A stretch of 64,000 nt of DNA from an uncultured bacterium (GTDB lineage: Bacteria; Armatimonadota; Abditibacteriia; Abditibacteriales; Abditibacteriaceae): positions 2,740,375 to 2,804,374 of the forward strand of contig CAWJLW010000006.1 of the NCBI GenBank assembly GCA_963843795.1, in the 5' to 3' direction. The stretch's first letter is position 1; each line of letters begins with the position of its first letter. The position numbers were made by a program, and so were the translations under genes. The notes beneath the pieces were generated by a model that was given only the letters and a program-made list of their open reading frames with translations, ran no database searches and had not been told where the DNA came from. This document shows, piece by piece, positions 10,132 through 19,736 of this stretch.

Positions 10132-10555
10132 GCGTTCCGAATTTTCTTTTTTAGCTTTTCTTTCGCTTTCCAACCAGCGCCGCGCGATGACCAGCGCGGC
10201 ATAATTGTCGATGGCTTCAGGCGGGTTTTGTAGCGAAAGCGGCAGCAAGCGTCGCCAGCCGCGCGGCGGATGATAATGCCAGTATTCATCGCGTGCTTCC
10301 AGCGTCGAGCCGCGTTCGTCGATAATCTGCACTTCGATTTGCGGCCAAACTTCGCTGAGAAGTGCCACAATTTCGCGCGAAGCCGTGGCGTTGCCGACAA
10401 CGATAATCGCGGGTGCTGCAAGTTACTTGCAGGCGGGTTTTAAGTTCTATGCGCGTCCAGATTTCGCACCATAGCAACGAACCGTCGCCTTCCACAGCTG
10501 CGACACCACATTTTTCGCGGCCCGGATCAATTGCTAAAATCGGCACAGCTTTCAT
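10123..10555 (-). pseudogene. YqgF/RNase H-like nuclease (DUF3084-associated), frameshifted at about 10423 (may be a sequencing error)
   Basis: The N-terminal ILAIDPGREKCG and the C-terminal DERGSTLEAR...PPRGWRRLLP...DNYAA lie in different frames. Deleting the extra base in TGCAAGTTACTTGCA joins them. Confidence 0.8.
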
Positions 10556-10599
10556 GTTGATTGAAGCATCGGCCTTTGCAAGTACTTGCAAGGTAAAAT

Positions 10600-12267
10600 T
10601 CACGATGCGGGCAGCACTTCAAAGCGCACTTTGAGCGGCGCGGTTGTGGTCAGATCTTCCCCGGCGCGCAAGCGCACGCGCGCACTGCTTTTAAGCAGTT
10701 TAATAGCGTTGAGAGCTTCGAAAACGCGTTCGTTAGTGTCTTCGGCGTAAAACTTATTATCGCCACCCAACGGCGGTTGAACGTTCTTGTCGCTGCGCGC
10801 GCTTTTTTCGCCTTCGTTCAGCAAACGCAATAATTGATTGAAAATTTGCGCATCGCTGCGTTTGCCATCGACAATGGTTGTGGCAATAACATCGTCGCGG
10901 CGATAGGCTGTGCTGACGGGCAAAACTCTGAAAGTGGCTTCGACATCATCTTCATCAATAGCATGGTTGCGTGCCGAAACCACGCGCACCATAACCGGTG
11001 TTTCGCTTTGTGCCCAGCGCTTAGAAATGATTTCAATCTGCGCATTTTCATCGGCAGTGAAACTTTGGCTATCGAGCTGAATTTCCTGTGTGATAACGTT
11101 GGTTTTCAAACCCAAACGCCCATTCAATTCGCCGATACGACGCACATTTTCGCGCGCCTGCCGCACCAAATCTTTGATCAAGCTATCGATAGTGGCACTG
11201 GACAAGCGCGGCGCAATGAGCTGCTGGGCCAGCGACTCGCCAGCAGTCACCAGCAAAGGCTTGACCAGAAAGTTCGTGAAAGTACTTTTAATTGAATCGA
11301 GCTGCTGTTCGGCATGCCGCACTTGTTGCTCTAAAGTTGCAACGCTGGCTTGCAACGCGGCTTCACTGGCCTGTAATTCTTTTTCGCGACTTTCCAATTC
11401 CGAAACTTTCTGCTCTTGATCGAGAATTTGCTTGCCCTGTTGAAGGATTTGCTTGCCCTGCTGAATCACTTCATTTTTGCGTTGTAACAACGACTTATTT
11501 GTAGTCGCCAGATTCGATTGTGCAATTTCCAAATCGGCCTGTTTAATTTCCAAATCGGCCTGCGCAGCTTTCAGGTTCGACCGGGCAGATTTCAACTGCG
11601 TTCGCGCAATTTTTAACTGTGCCTGCACCGGTCTGAGTTTCTCCTGAGCCTCGCGTAATTCGCTTTGGGCAGAAGTAAGTTCTGCGCGCACATTTTGCAA
11701 GTTTTTCTGTGCGATGGCAGCTCCACGCTGGGCCTGGGCTTCACCTCGTTTAGCGTCGCGCTCGCGCATTTGAGCGTCCCGCGAACTCTCTATGGCTTTA
11801 GTTTTTCCGCGTTCGGCTTCATTTTTGGCCCGCTCGACAAATTTTAAATCGTTGCGTAATTTTTTGGCATTTTCGCGCAACTTTTTCTGTTGAGTTTGCA
11901 AACCGCCGATATCTTTGCTCAAGCGCGTATTTTGTGTGCTGAGCTTGGCGCTGACACTTTCCAAATTGTTGTTCTGGGTTTCGAGAGTAGTGTTCTGTTG
12001 CAGTAAACGCGAATTATTGGCGCGCACGCGGTCGTAGCGCAGCAACGCTTCGCGCAATGGACGATAAACCACGAGCATCGCACCAAACGTGACCAGCATA
12101 ATCACCAAACTTGAGGCAATAGTGATGAGCGTGGCGGTTTGTTTGGGTCGCAAACCCAAAAGCGACACGCGCTTTTTGCCCAGCTTTTTGCCCAGATTGT
12201 CCGACCAGTAAGCGATGACTGCCGTCGCCACCATCAAACCGACCAGTAAAAATAACGGCGTCCACAT
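10600..12267 (-). CDS. DUF3084-like coiled-coil membrane protein
   Basis: IAYWSDNLGKKLGKKRVSLLGLRPKQTA motif, long coiled coil, and position downstream of lptB/lptFG. Confidence 0.85.
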   Translation of the reverse strand: MWTPLFLLVGLMVATAVIAYWSDNLGKKLGKKRVSLLGLRPKQTATLITIASSLVIMLVTFGAMLVVYRPLREALLRYDRVRANNSRLLQQNTTLETQNNNLESVSAKLSTQNTRLSKDIGGLQTQQKKLRENAKKLRNDLKFVERAKNEAERGKTKAIESSRDAQMRERDAKRGEAQAQRGAAIAQKNLQNVRAELTSAQSELREAQEKLRPVQAQLKIARTQLKSARSNLKAAQADLEIKQADLEIAQSNLATTNKSLLQRKNEVIQQGKQILQQGKQILDQEQKVSELESREKELQASEAALQASVATLEQQVRHAEQQLDSIKSTFTNFLVKPLLVTAGESLAQQLIAPRLSSATIDSLIKDLVRQARENVRRIGELNGRLGLKTNVITQEIQLDSQSFTADENAQIEIISKRWAQSETPVMVRVVSARNHAIDEDDVEATFRVLPVSTAYRRDDVIATTIVDGKRSDAQIFNQLLRLLNEGEKSARSDKNVQPPLGGDNKFYAEDTNERVFEALNAIKLLKSSARVRLRAGEDLTTTAPLKVRFEVLPAS

Positions 12268-12438
12268 AAACGAAATTTAGAAAACAGTCCTAACATTCGA
12301 CAACAACGCATTGGCGCTCTGCAAGTACTTGCAGAACATTAGATGCTAGTAATTTTAGCGCAGACGGCAACGCCAAAAGCCCCGCAAGCATTGTAGCAAG
12401 TACTTGCAGGGCGTTTTTCGCGAGAAGCTTCCACAATT

Positions 12439-13632
12439 TCAGCGCGATTTCTGATAAGTGAGAATCATTCCGGCAATCGTTGCCAATCCCAGCGGCAGAT
12501 ACGCCAGAATATAGGGGTCCGCGATGCCAGATTTGCCAACTTTGGTCGCCCACGTCCACACCACATAATAGCCCAGCAAAATCATCAGCGATAGGCCCAG
12601 CGATACGCCGCCCGAAGAACGTTGCGGACGAATTCCCAGCGGAGCCGCGATTAAAATCAAGGGCAAGCACAGCAGCGGTGTGGCGATTTTATCGTGAATG
12701 CCATACGTCGCACTCACGCTCATTTTGTGCCAGTCGGCGCGTTTTCCGGCGGGGTATCTGGTGTCGCGCGCGCGCCGATCCAGTTCATGACGCCACGCTT
12801 CAAGATCGAGCAGCGAGACGAATTCGTAATTCAATTTCAGAAGGTTTTGCTCACGCGTCACATCGCCGCCGCGCAACAGTTGCGGGCTGGCGCCCTTGAA
12901 AACCACCTTTCCGCTGCGACCTGTTGTACTTTCGGCATCGCCAGTTTTGGTCATGTCGTTCCAATCTTTGCTGTGCCCGTTGATGAAGCTCCATTGCTGG
13001 TTTTGCGTGTCCCACTGCGCTTTATCGGCAGTGATTTCTAGTTCGGTTTCACGCTTGCTATTGCGTCTGGTCACGACCGGATTGAGCAGCGTTTTGGTAC
13101 GCGCGTTGTATTCATCCGCCGTGATGCGAAGGCTGGAACCATCGGCGTTCTCACTGGCGAAATCCAGGTCTTTTTGCACCGAAGTCGAATTGGCCAACTG
13201 TTCGCTTAACACTTCGACTTTGCGAGTTTCCGCATTCGGCACCGCCATTTCCTGCACGCCAAACGCGAAAATCGCCAGCACAACGCCCAGCACCAACGGC
13301 GCGCGCAGCAGGCGCAAGAAACTCATGCCGCCACCCCACAGCGCGGTAATTTCTCCGTGCGTTGACATCTCGGAAATCGCCTGCAAAGTGCCGTATAAAA
13401 TCGCCATCGGCAAGGTGAACAAGAACAGGCGCGGCATCTGATAAAAAATCATCAGCAACGCGCCATACAGCGACAACGAGTTGGCCAGCATGGTGTTAGT
13501 GGCCGATATAATGGCGAAAACCAGCAGCAGCATGACGAACATCGCCAGGCCGCGCAGCGTGGCCTCGAGCACTTGCGCGAACAAGTAACGATCTACCAGT
13601 TTAAACACGATACCGCGCTTTACGGGCGCCAT
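12439..13632 (-). CDS. LptF/LptG family LPS export permease
   Basis: LVDRYL, P.A.L.G, EITALWGGGMS...P and KIATPL...PLG motifs. Start uncertain. Confidence 0.9.
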   Translation of the reverse strand: MAPVKRGIVFKLVDRYLFAQVLEATLRGLAMFVMLLLVFAIISATNTMLANSLSLYGALLMIFYQMPRLFLFTLPMAILYGTLQAISEMSTHGEITALWGGGMSFLRLLRAPLVLGVVLAIFAFGVQEMAVPNAETRKVEVLSEQLANSTSVQKDLDFASENADGSSLRITADEYNARTKTLLNPVVTRRNSKRETELEITADKAQWDTQNQQWSFINGHSKDWNDMTKTGDAESTTGRSGKVVFKGASPQLLRGGDVTREQNLLKLNYEFVSLLDLEAWRHELDRRARDTRYPAGKRADWHKMSVSATYGIHDKIATPLLCLPLILIAAPLGIRPQRSSGGVSLGLSLMILLGYYVVWTWATKVGKSGIADPYILAYLPLGLATIAGMILTYQKSR

Positions 13633-13648
13633 AGTTTGAGTTGTGGGT

Positions 13649-14416
13649 TCAGCGCTGTGAGTGGCGTCCAATTTTTTCTCCGAAATAAACTTCGCGCGCC
13701 TGCGGATCATCAATTAATTCCTGCGCTGTGCCTTGAGTAATTACGCGACCCTGACTGAGAATGTAGCCGCGATCAATCACTTCTAATGTGTCGTATTCGT
13801 TGTGATCGGTAATCAAAACACCGATATTGCGCGCCTTCAAACGCAGCACGATGCGCTGAATTTCCTGTCGCACCAGCGGATCAACTCCGCTAAACGGTTC
13901 ATCGAGCAGCAGAAAATACGGATCGGTCGCCATCGCGCGCGCAATTTCAGTGCGGCGGCGTTCGCCGCCCGACAAAGCGACGCCTTTGGTGTGGCGGCGT
14001 GGCGTCAAATCCAAATCGTGTAATAATTCTTCGCATTTTTGGGTGCGCTCGCTTTTAGAAAGCGGCATCAATTCCAAAATCGCCAGCAAATTTTGCTCGA
14101 CAGTCAGCTTGCGAAAAACCGATTCATCTTGCGCGAGATAACCGATTCCAGCGCGCGCGCGCAAGTGCATCGGCCACGCAGTCACCAAAGTTTTGCCCAG
14201 TCGTACTTCGCCGCCATCGGGTCGCACCAAACCCATAATCATGTAAAACGAGGTGGTTTTGCCCGCGCCGTTTGGCCCCAGCAACCCGACGATTTCGCCG
14301 CGCCCCACTTGTAGCGAGACGCCATCAACCACGCGACGGCCGCCGTAATTTTTCTGCAAATCGACAGAAAAAATTGCGCCCGGAGAACCGTCGGGAAGAA
14401 TGCTTTCTAATGACAT
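13649..14416 (-). CDS. lptB: LPS export ABC ATPase
   Basis: GLLGPNGAGKTTSFYM, LSGGERRRTEIARA, DEPFSGVDP and ITDHN motifs. Confidence 0.96.
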   Translation of the reverse strand: MSLESILPDGSPGAIFSVDLQKNYGGRRVVDGVSLQVGRGEIVGLLGPNGAGKTTSFYMIMGLVRPDGGEVRLGKTLVTAWPMHLRARAGIGYLAQDESVFRKLTVEQNLLAILELMPLSKSERTQKCEELLHDLDLTPRRHTKGVALSGGERRRTEIARAMATDPYFLLLDEPFSGVDPLVRQEIQRIVLRLKARNIGVLITDHNEYDTLEVIDRGYILSQGRVITQGTAQELIDDPQAREVYFGEKIGRHSQR

Positions 14417-14465
14417 AATGGATGTTTGCGAAAAAATGTGCCCGCAAGTACTTGCAGGCGCGTTT

Positions 14466-15536
14466 TCATTTCAAGCCCAGATCAAAGCCGGGAATTTGAA
14501 TGACAGCTGGCTTGCCCAACAATTGAAAATTCAAGCCAGCGGGCGTGTCGGCGGTTTTTTCAGTTTCGGGCACAAAGCGCGCGATAGCTTTATCGACGTC
14601 CGAAAAATTGTTGCGCAAGGGAGCAGTAGCGTCAGCGGAAACCAGATCGTAAAAGCCGCTGACGTTGCCTTCAAGTGTCAGATTTTGTGCGTTGGGATTG
14701 AGAATCAGATTGTCGGTCTGAGCTTCGAGATGCGTCGGCGAGTTTTGGCTCGCACCGGCGGACGCAGGCGCATCGACCACGATTGACGCTCGGCCTTGCG
14801 TGCGCAAATCCTGCAGAGTTTGGCGACCGTTTATCGCACGAAAATTGGCGACGAACGCGGGCGCTTTGACATTGAAATTTTGCGGGCCACCAGATGATTG
14901 TGCTGTCGAAACCACGCTGGCATTGCCCTTAAAAGTGGCTGTCCCATTTTTTTCGTCGATGTCGGCGTTATCGGCGCGCAACGTCACATCGCCTACTGTC
15001 ACATCGGAACCAAACAAGGCCGAAGCGATTTGCAGTTGCACGCCGTTTTTGCCACCCGCGACCTGCACCAAAATATCGCGCGCATCGCCCTCACCAAAAG
15101 TTATCGTGGCGCGCTCGCCGCTGAGAGTGTTGCGCGCGCCTTTGCTCTCGTAAAAGCCATCGACATCTCCGGTCAAACGTAGCGTACGGCGACCGTTGAC
15201 GGGCAGCGCGTCCAAAGTTGCGGTCTGGCTTTTGGCTTCGATTTTAATCGGATCGGCGCCTGCCAGGTCGAGCTTAAAATTGACGCCATTAATCGCACGC
15301 ACCTGCGTGATTTGGCTGCCTTTGTAATCGAAAGCGACAACCGGCGCGCTGAAGTCGATTTGAGGCGATTGTAAACGTGCCGGATTGCCTTCTAAACGCA
15401 AACCGTCGGGCCGAATAATCGTATTGGCCGCTGTGACGGTGAAGCCGCCGACCTGCTGCGTTTTGTTTTGCGCATGCGCGCTATAATTTTGCAGGAGCGC
15501 GATGGAAAGCACCGTATAAAGGAGGAATTTTTTCAT
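14466..15536 (-). CDS. Secreted LptA/OstA-like beta-jellyroll protein
   Basis: Signal peptide, repeated ..A......L.G.V beta motifs, and position upstream of lptB. Confidence 0.65.
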   Translation of the reverse strand: MKKFLLYTVLSIALLQNYSAHAQNKTQQVGGFTVTAANTIIRPDGLRLEGNPARLQSPQIDFSAPVVAFDYKGSQITQVRAINGVNFKLDLAGADPIKIEAKSQTATLDALPVNGRRTLRLTGDVDGFYESKGARNTLSGERATITFGEGDARDILVQVAGGKNGVQLQIASALFGSDVTVGDVTLRADNADIDEKNGTATFKGNASVVSTAQSSGGPQNFNVKAPAFVANFRAINGRQTLQDLRTQGRASIVVDAPASAGASQNSPTHLEAQTDNLILNPNAQNLTLEGNVSGFYDLVSADATAPLRNNFSDVDKAIARFVPETEKTADTPAGLNFQLLGKPAVIQIPGFDLGLK

Positions 15537-15611
15537 AATGATTTGCGTATTTCACACTATCGCCGGAAATTGAAAACCTCCGGTTGCGCTGCAAGTACTT
15601 GCAGCGTATTT

Positions 15612-17570
15612 TTAAAATATTTTCAAACCTTCCAGCGTCTTCTGATTACCGCTGCCCGTGGCGTCTTTCAAAACCGCAACGCGACGTTTTTCATCGCTGA
15701 CATGATTGACCACCAGCGTGCGCCCGTTCAATTTCAAACCGCGCGTATCGTTATATTGCGCGCCGCCCACGCCGTAAACCGTGTCGGCGCTTTTATCGTA
15801 GCGCAATTCGGGCGCGCGCACACTTGCGCCATCGCTGGTAGTCAATACCACACCGCCCGACAATCGCGCCTGTGCGCCGCTCAAAGTCGTATCCAAGCGC
15901 GCCGCGCGCATCGAAACCCTGCCGCGCTGATATGTGACGCCACCACGCGCCACAAGCGTGCTGCCATTTTTATCGACCGTGCCCGCGCTTACTCGTGCGC
16001 CGTCAGGCAAACGCCCTTTCACTTCGCCGCTTAATGTCGCATTTTGAAAACGATCATCGCTATTCAAACGCGCACCGCTCACATTGTAACCGTCTTTTTC
16101 CAATTGCACGCCGCCGCTGGCCACCACTCGTCCGTTTTTCCAGTTCGCAGTCTGCGCGTTCACCGTGCCCTGCGCGTTGCTGGCGCGTACGTCGCCGCTG
16201 CCAGTCACGTTCCAGTTAGCGCCGCCATTGTTCTGCGCCTGCACCGTGTTCGCACGAAAATTCAGCGCCGGGCTACTGCGCACGACGTTCACGCCGTCGC
16301 TGCCCTGCACGCTCCAATTTTCGCCACCACGATTTTTGGCCTCAACGCGCGGCGCGCTCAGAGTGAAATTATCGCGCACCACGCGCACATTTCCACTCCC
16401 GACCACGCGCGGCTGTCCGCCGACATCGAAAACTTCCACGCGCGCGCCACTCACTTTCGCGCCACGCACCAGCATCGAAACTGCGCCATTAGCCACGATG
16501 CGCGTCATTTTGTCGAAGCCCTGCACGCGGTCGGCGCGCCCACTGAGATCAGCTTTATTCACGCGCACATCGCCGCTGGCGATTGCATTGCCCAAATCGG
16601 TGTTGCTTTCGAGGCGCGCGGCGCGCAAAGTGCCACCATCTTTTTGCAACGTCACATCGCCGCGCGCCAGCAAATTGCGCGCGTTCCAGTTGAAATCCAA
16701 CGTCTGCGCCGAAGCTGTTCCATCTGCGCTTTTGGCTCGCACGTTGCCAGAAAGTTGGCCGCGCGCACCGCGAACATCGGCGTTCAAACGCTGACCGGTC
16801 AAAGTCGTTGCGCCATTGGTCGCGCTCACATCGCCGCTAGCCTGCGCGCGCCCACTTTTCCAATTCCACACCGCTTGTTTAGCCGCAATCGAGCCGTTAT
16901 TAGTCGTTGCATTCACATCGCCGCCCAAATTTGCCACGCCCAAACCACTATCGACCAACAGCGTTTTAGCATTGATTGTGACGGCTTCTTTGCCTTCGCC
17001 CTGCCTCATTTGCACCGGACGGGGCGCATAAACGCGGCGCGCGCGCACATTGACATCGACGCGCGTGCCGGTCATAGTCACCGGGCCACGCGCCAGAATG
17101 GGCGACTGCTGACCGCTTTTTGTCGCGGGCGCAGCGTTGGTGGTCGCTTGCACTTTTCCCGTCATTTGCAGGCGAATGCCTGCGGGCGTTTTGATAAATT
17201 CGATGGTTTGAGCGCCGAAACTGCTTTCGAGCTTGCCTTCCTTAAACAACTGCGCTTTGGCATCGGTAAGTGTGGCGCGACGCGGCGAAAGTTGTTCGCC
17301 TTCGCCGATGCGCGCGCTTTTGGCACTCACTCGCCACAGCGGACGACGTTTGGCATCGTTGCCGGTCAATTCCCAATCTTTAAGTTCGACGTTTTTAATT
17401 TGCGACAGCGAATTTTTGGCTTCTTTGGCTTCGCCCTGCAAAATCGCGCGCGTCATCTGCGCACTCGGCTGCGGACGACAGCCGCTGAGGACGAGCAACA
17501 CAGCGCATAGCAAGTACTTGCCGTGTTTGTTTTTGCACGAAAGCAAGTGGAGGCAAAGACGATAACTCAT
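15612..17570 (-). CDS. Long LptC/LptA-like beta-repeat lipoprotein
   Basis: LVLSGC lipobox, an LptC-like W.V.A segment and many A.G.V beta repeats. Confidence 0.7.
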   Translation of the reverse strand: MSYRLCLHLLSCKNKHGKYLLCAVLLVLSGCRPQPSAQMTRAILQGEAKEAKNSLSQIKNVELKDWELTGNDAKRRPLWRVSAKSARIGEGEQLSPRRATLTDAKAQLFKEGKLESSFGAQTIEFIKTPAGIRLQMTGKVQATTNAAPATKSGQQSPILARGPVTMTGTRVDVNVRARRVYAPRPVQMRQGEGKEAVTINAKTLLVDSGLGVANLGGDVNATTNNGSIAAKQAVWNWKSGRAQASGDVSATNGATTLTGQRLNADVRGARGQLSGNVRAKSADGTASAQTLDFNWNARNLLARGDVTLQKDGGTLRAARLESNTDLGNAIASGDVRVNKADLSGRADRVQGFDKMTRIVANGAVSMLVRGAKVSGARVEVFDVGGQPRVVGSGNVRVVRDNFTLSAPRVEAKNRGGENWSVQGSDGVNVVRSSPALNFRANTVQAQNNGGANWNVTGSGDVRASNAQGTVNAQTANWKNGRVVASGGVQLEKDGYNVSGARLNSDDRFQNATLSGEVKGRLPDGARVSAGTVDKNGSTLVARGGVTYQRGRVSMRAARLDTTLSGAQARLSGGVVLTTSDGASVRAPELRYDKSADTVYGVGGAQYNDTRGLKLNGRTLVVNHVSDEKRRVAVLKDATGSGNQKTLEGLKIF

Positions 17571-18322
17571 AAAAAACGGTGCAGCACCAAAGCGCGCGCG
17601 GCGCGATAACCATCGTACAACGGACGAATTTTTTTGCCTTCGGCTTTGGTGCGCGGCGCGTAAGAAATTGGCACTTCGTAAATATGAGCGCCCGCACGCA
17701 CCAGACGCGCCGCGATTTCAAAATCGAGATCAAAACCTTCGGATTGCAAATTCAAGCGTCGCGCCAGTTCGCGCGGCAGCAATTTATAACACGTCGCCAC
17801 GTCCGAAAGCGCGCGCGCATACAGCAATTGAAAGCCCAAAGATAAACCCACGCGACCCCAGAAAAACGCGCCTTTGCCCTGCGCGCGTCGCGTTTCTACA
17901 CGGCGCAAACGCGAACCGAAAATCGCGAAATCGCGCAGGTTCTTCACCCGTTTTTGGCGGTCTTCAATGCGCTGTGCCGCGCGCAGCAGTTTGACATAAT
18001 CGCGCGGATCATATTCCAAATCGGCGTCTTGTACAATCACCCAGTCGCCACGCGCCAATTCCAATGCGCGCCGCACACTCGCACCCTTGCCACGATTTTC
18101 GGATTGAAACCAGACGCGTATCTGTGCCTCAGTTGTGTTATCCGCATTGGCCCAACAAGCTTGTCCGTTGTCAATTTGCGCGCGTAGCCAATCGCGCGTG
18201 CCATCTTCCGAGCCGTTGTCGATGATGATAAGTTCGAGTTCAATCGGCACCGCAAGTACTTGCGCAACGATGGTTTCAATCGTCGAGCGCTCGTTCCAGA
18301 CCGGCATCAAAACACTGAGCAT
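17567..18322 (-). CDS. Glycosyltransferase family 2 (polyprenol-phosphate glycosyltransferase, DPM1-like)
   Basis: LSVLMPVWNE, DNGSEDGT, NRGKG, QDADLEYDP and EGKKI motifs. Confidence 0.9.
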   Translation of the reverse strand: MLSVLMPVWNERSTIETIVAQVLAVPIELELIIIDNGSEDGTRDWLRAQIDNGQACWANADNTTEAQIRVWFQSENRGKGASVRRALELARGDWVIVQDADLEYDPRDYVKLLRAAQRIEDRQKRVKNLRDFAIFGSRLRRVETRRAQGKGAFFWGRVGLSLGFQLLYARALSDVATCYKLLPRELARRLNLQSEGFDLDFEIAARLVRAGAHIYEVPISYAPRTKAEGKKIRPLYDGYRAARALVLHRFL

Positions 18323-18327
18323 ATTAT

Positions 18328-19629
18328 TCAAACCAAAGTGCGCCAAATCGCGAGGTTCCACACGTCCAAAGCCAACATCACTAAGCCGAAAACGAGAGCG
18401 GAAGCCACGATCAGGCGCGGTGTGCGCCAAATTTCGATCCATGCGCGCGCACCGACGACGCACAGTGGCAGCAGCGCGGGCAATAAGTAGCGCGCTTGCG
18501 CACCAGCCATATAGCCGATGGCGAACATCAGCCACGCGGCAAAAACCAGAATCGCGCCAACGCCCCACCACGTCCAAACGCCATCGCGCTCGTTTGCTTC
18601 TCGCAAGTACTTGCTGCCCAACTTGAGCGTGCCAACTAGCATAATTAACGAAGACAGCGCGCAGATAATCAGCAAAATCGACAGCGGCGCATCCGGCCAA
18701 TTCGGCGAAGGCGCGAGCGATTTCAATTGTTCGCGCGCGCTTTCAGGCCCGCCAAAAATCCCCCAGCAGGTCGCGAATAAAATAATCAGCAGGCCGCGCC
18801 AGTAAACCGCAGCCGGAATGCCACCGGCCACGAAATCGGTCAATCCGGGCGCAGCAGCCGAGGCCGCTGAAGAAAACACGCCATAAGCCAGCGGATCGCC
18901 GTATAAATTCTGATTTCGCACCAGCCACCAACCTGAAACCAGTAACATCACACTGATAGCAATGCCCAGCGCGCGCACTGCTTCCCCACTCGAACGTTCT
19001 TGACGCACGCCGAATAATAATGCGCCAAACGCGGCGAGGGACACCGTCAAAACTGTGTTTTTACTCAGCACGCCGATTCCGGCCCACATGCCAATCCACA
19101 GCGCGTGCTTCCAAATTTCATCGTCCGGATTGCGCCGAAAAAACTGTGCGATGCGCTCGAACAGCGCCGCACAAACCAAAGCGCCTAAAGCATCGTTATT
19201 CGATGACGCCGAAACGCCCAGCACGACGGGCCACAACGCGGCGAAACCGGTAGCGAGATGCGCAATGCGAATGTCATCGGGAAACAGCACGCGCGCGGCT
19301 CGCCAGATGAAAACCAGCGTGAACAAACCGCACAGCAGCGAAACCACGCGGCAAGCGTAATTCTGTACTCCCGCGCCAGTCGCAGCCCACAGCGGCGCGC
19401 AGAGCGCATAATAAAGCGGTGGCTGATGAAATTCGTAGCCGGGCGCAGGCGGAACATAATTGCGAAAAACCGGCAGCGTGCGCAGAGTTGCCAGGTGCTC
19501 CACATATTCCCAGTGTGCTGCCTCATCGGGCGCTCTGGCAATCGGAACGCGTGCGATGAGCGCCAAGCCCAGCGCGGCGAAAATCAGCAGCCAAATTCCG
19601 AGTTGAAAACGTGAAAAAAATGACGACAT
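18328..19629 (-). CDS. GT-C (ArnT/PMT-like) membrane glycosyltransferase
   Basis: PDEAAH, HQPPLYY and QARYLLP motifs, multi-TM. Confidence 0.8.
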   Translation of the reverse strand: MSSFFSRFQLGIWLLIFAALGLALIARVPIARAPDEAAHWEYVEHLATLRTLPVFRNYVPPAPGYEFHQPPLYYALCAPLWAATGAGVQNYACRVVSLLCGLFTLVFIWRAARVLFPDDIRIAHLATGFAALWPVVLGVSASSNNDALGALVCAALFERIAQFFRRNPDDEIWKHALWIGMWAGIGVLSKNTVLTVSLAAFGALLFGVRQERSSGEAVRALGIAISVMLLVSGWWLVRNQNLYGDPLAYGVFSSAASAAAPGLTDFVAGGIPAAVYWRGLLIILFATCWGIFGGPESAREQLKSLAPSPNWPDAPLSILLIICALSSLIMLVGTLKLGSKYLREANERDGVWTWWGVGAILVFAAWLMFAIGYMAGAQARYLLPALLPLCVVGARAWIEIWRTPRLIVASALVFGLVMLALDVWNLAIWRTLV

Positions 19630-19736
19630 AAAAATTAGCGTTGCAAGTCCTTGCAACGCAAAAGCCCCTTTATTTGTAGCAGCTTTCGCGCATCACGTCG
19701 CGCACTCGGAGCTTTCTATGCTGCACTCGCGTGCGC

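Noticed and set aside
11400..11565. Tandem DNA repeats in the DUF3084 gene
   Set aside because: They encode coiled-coil heptad duplications (QQGKQIL, QADLEI) and are an ordinary protein-level repeat.
16044..17510. 488-aa plus-strand ORF and other long antisense or overlapping ORFs (e.g. 7843..8640, 29808..30596, 59616..60449)
   Set aside because: These are shadows of well-supported genes in GC-rich DNA and show no recognisable motifs.
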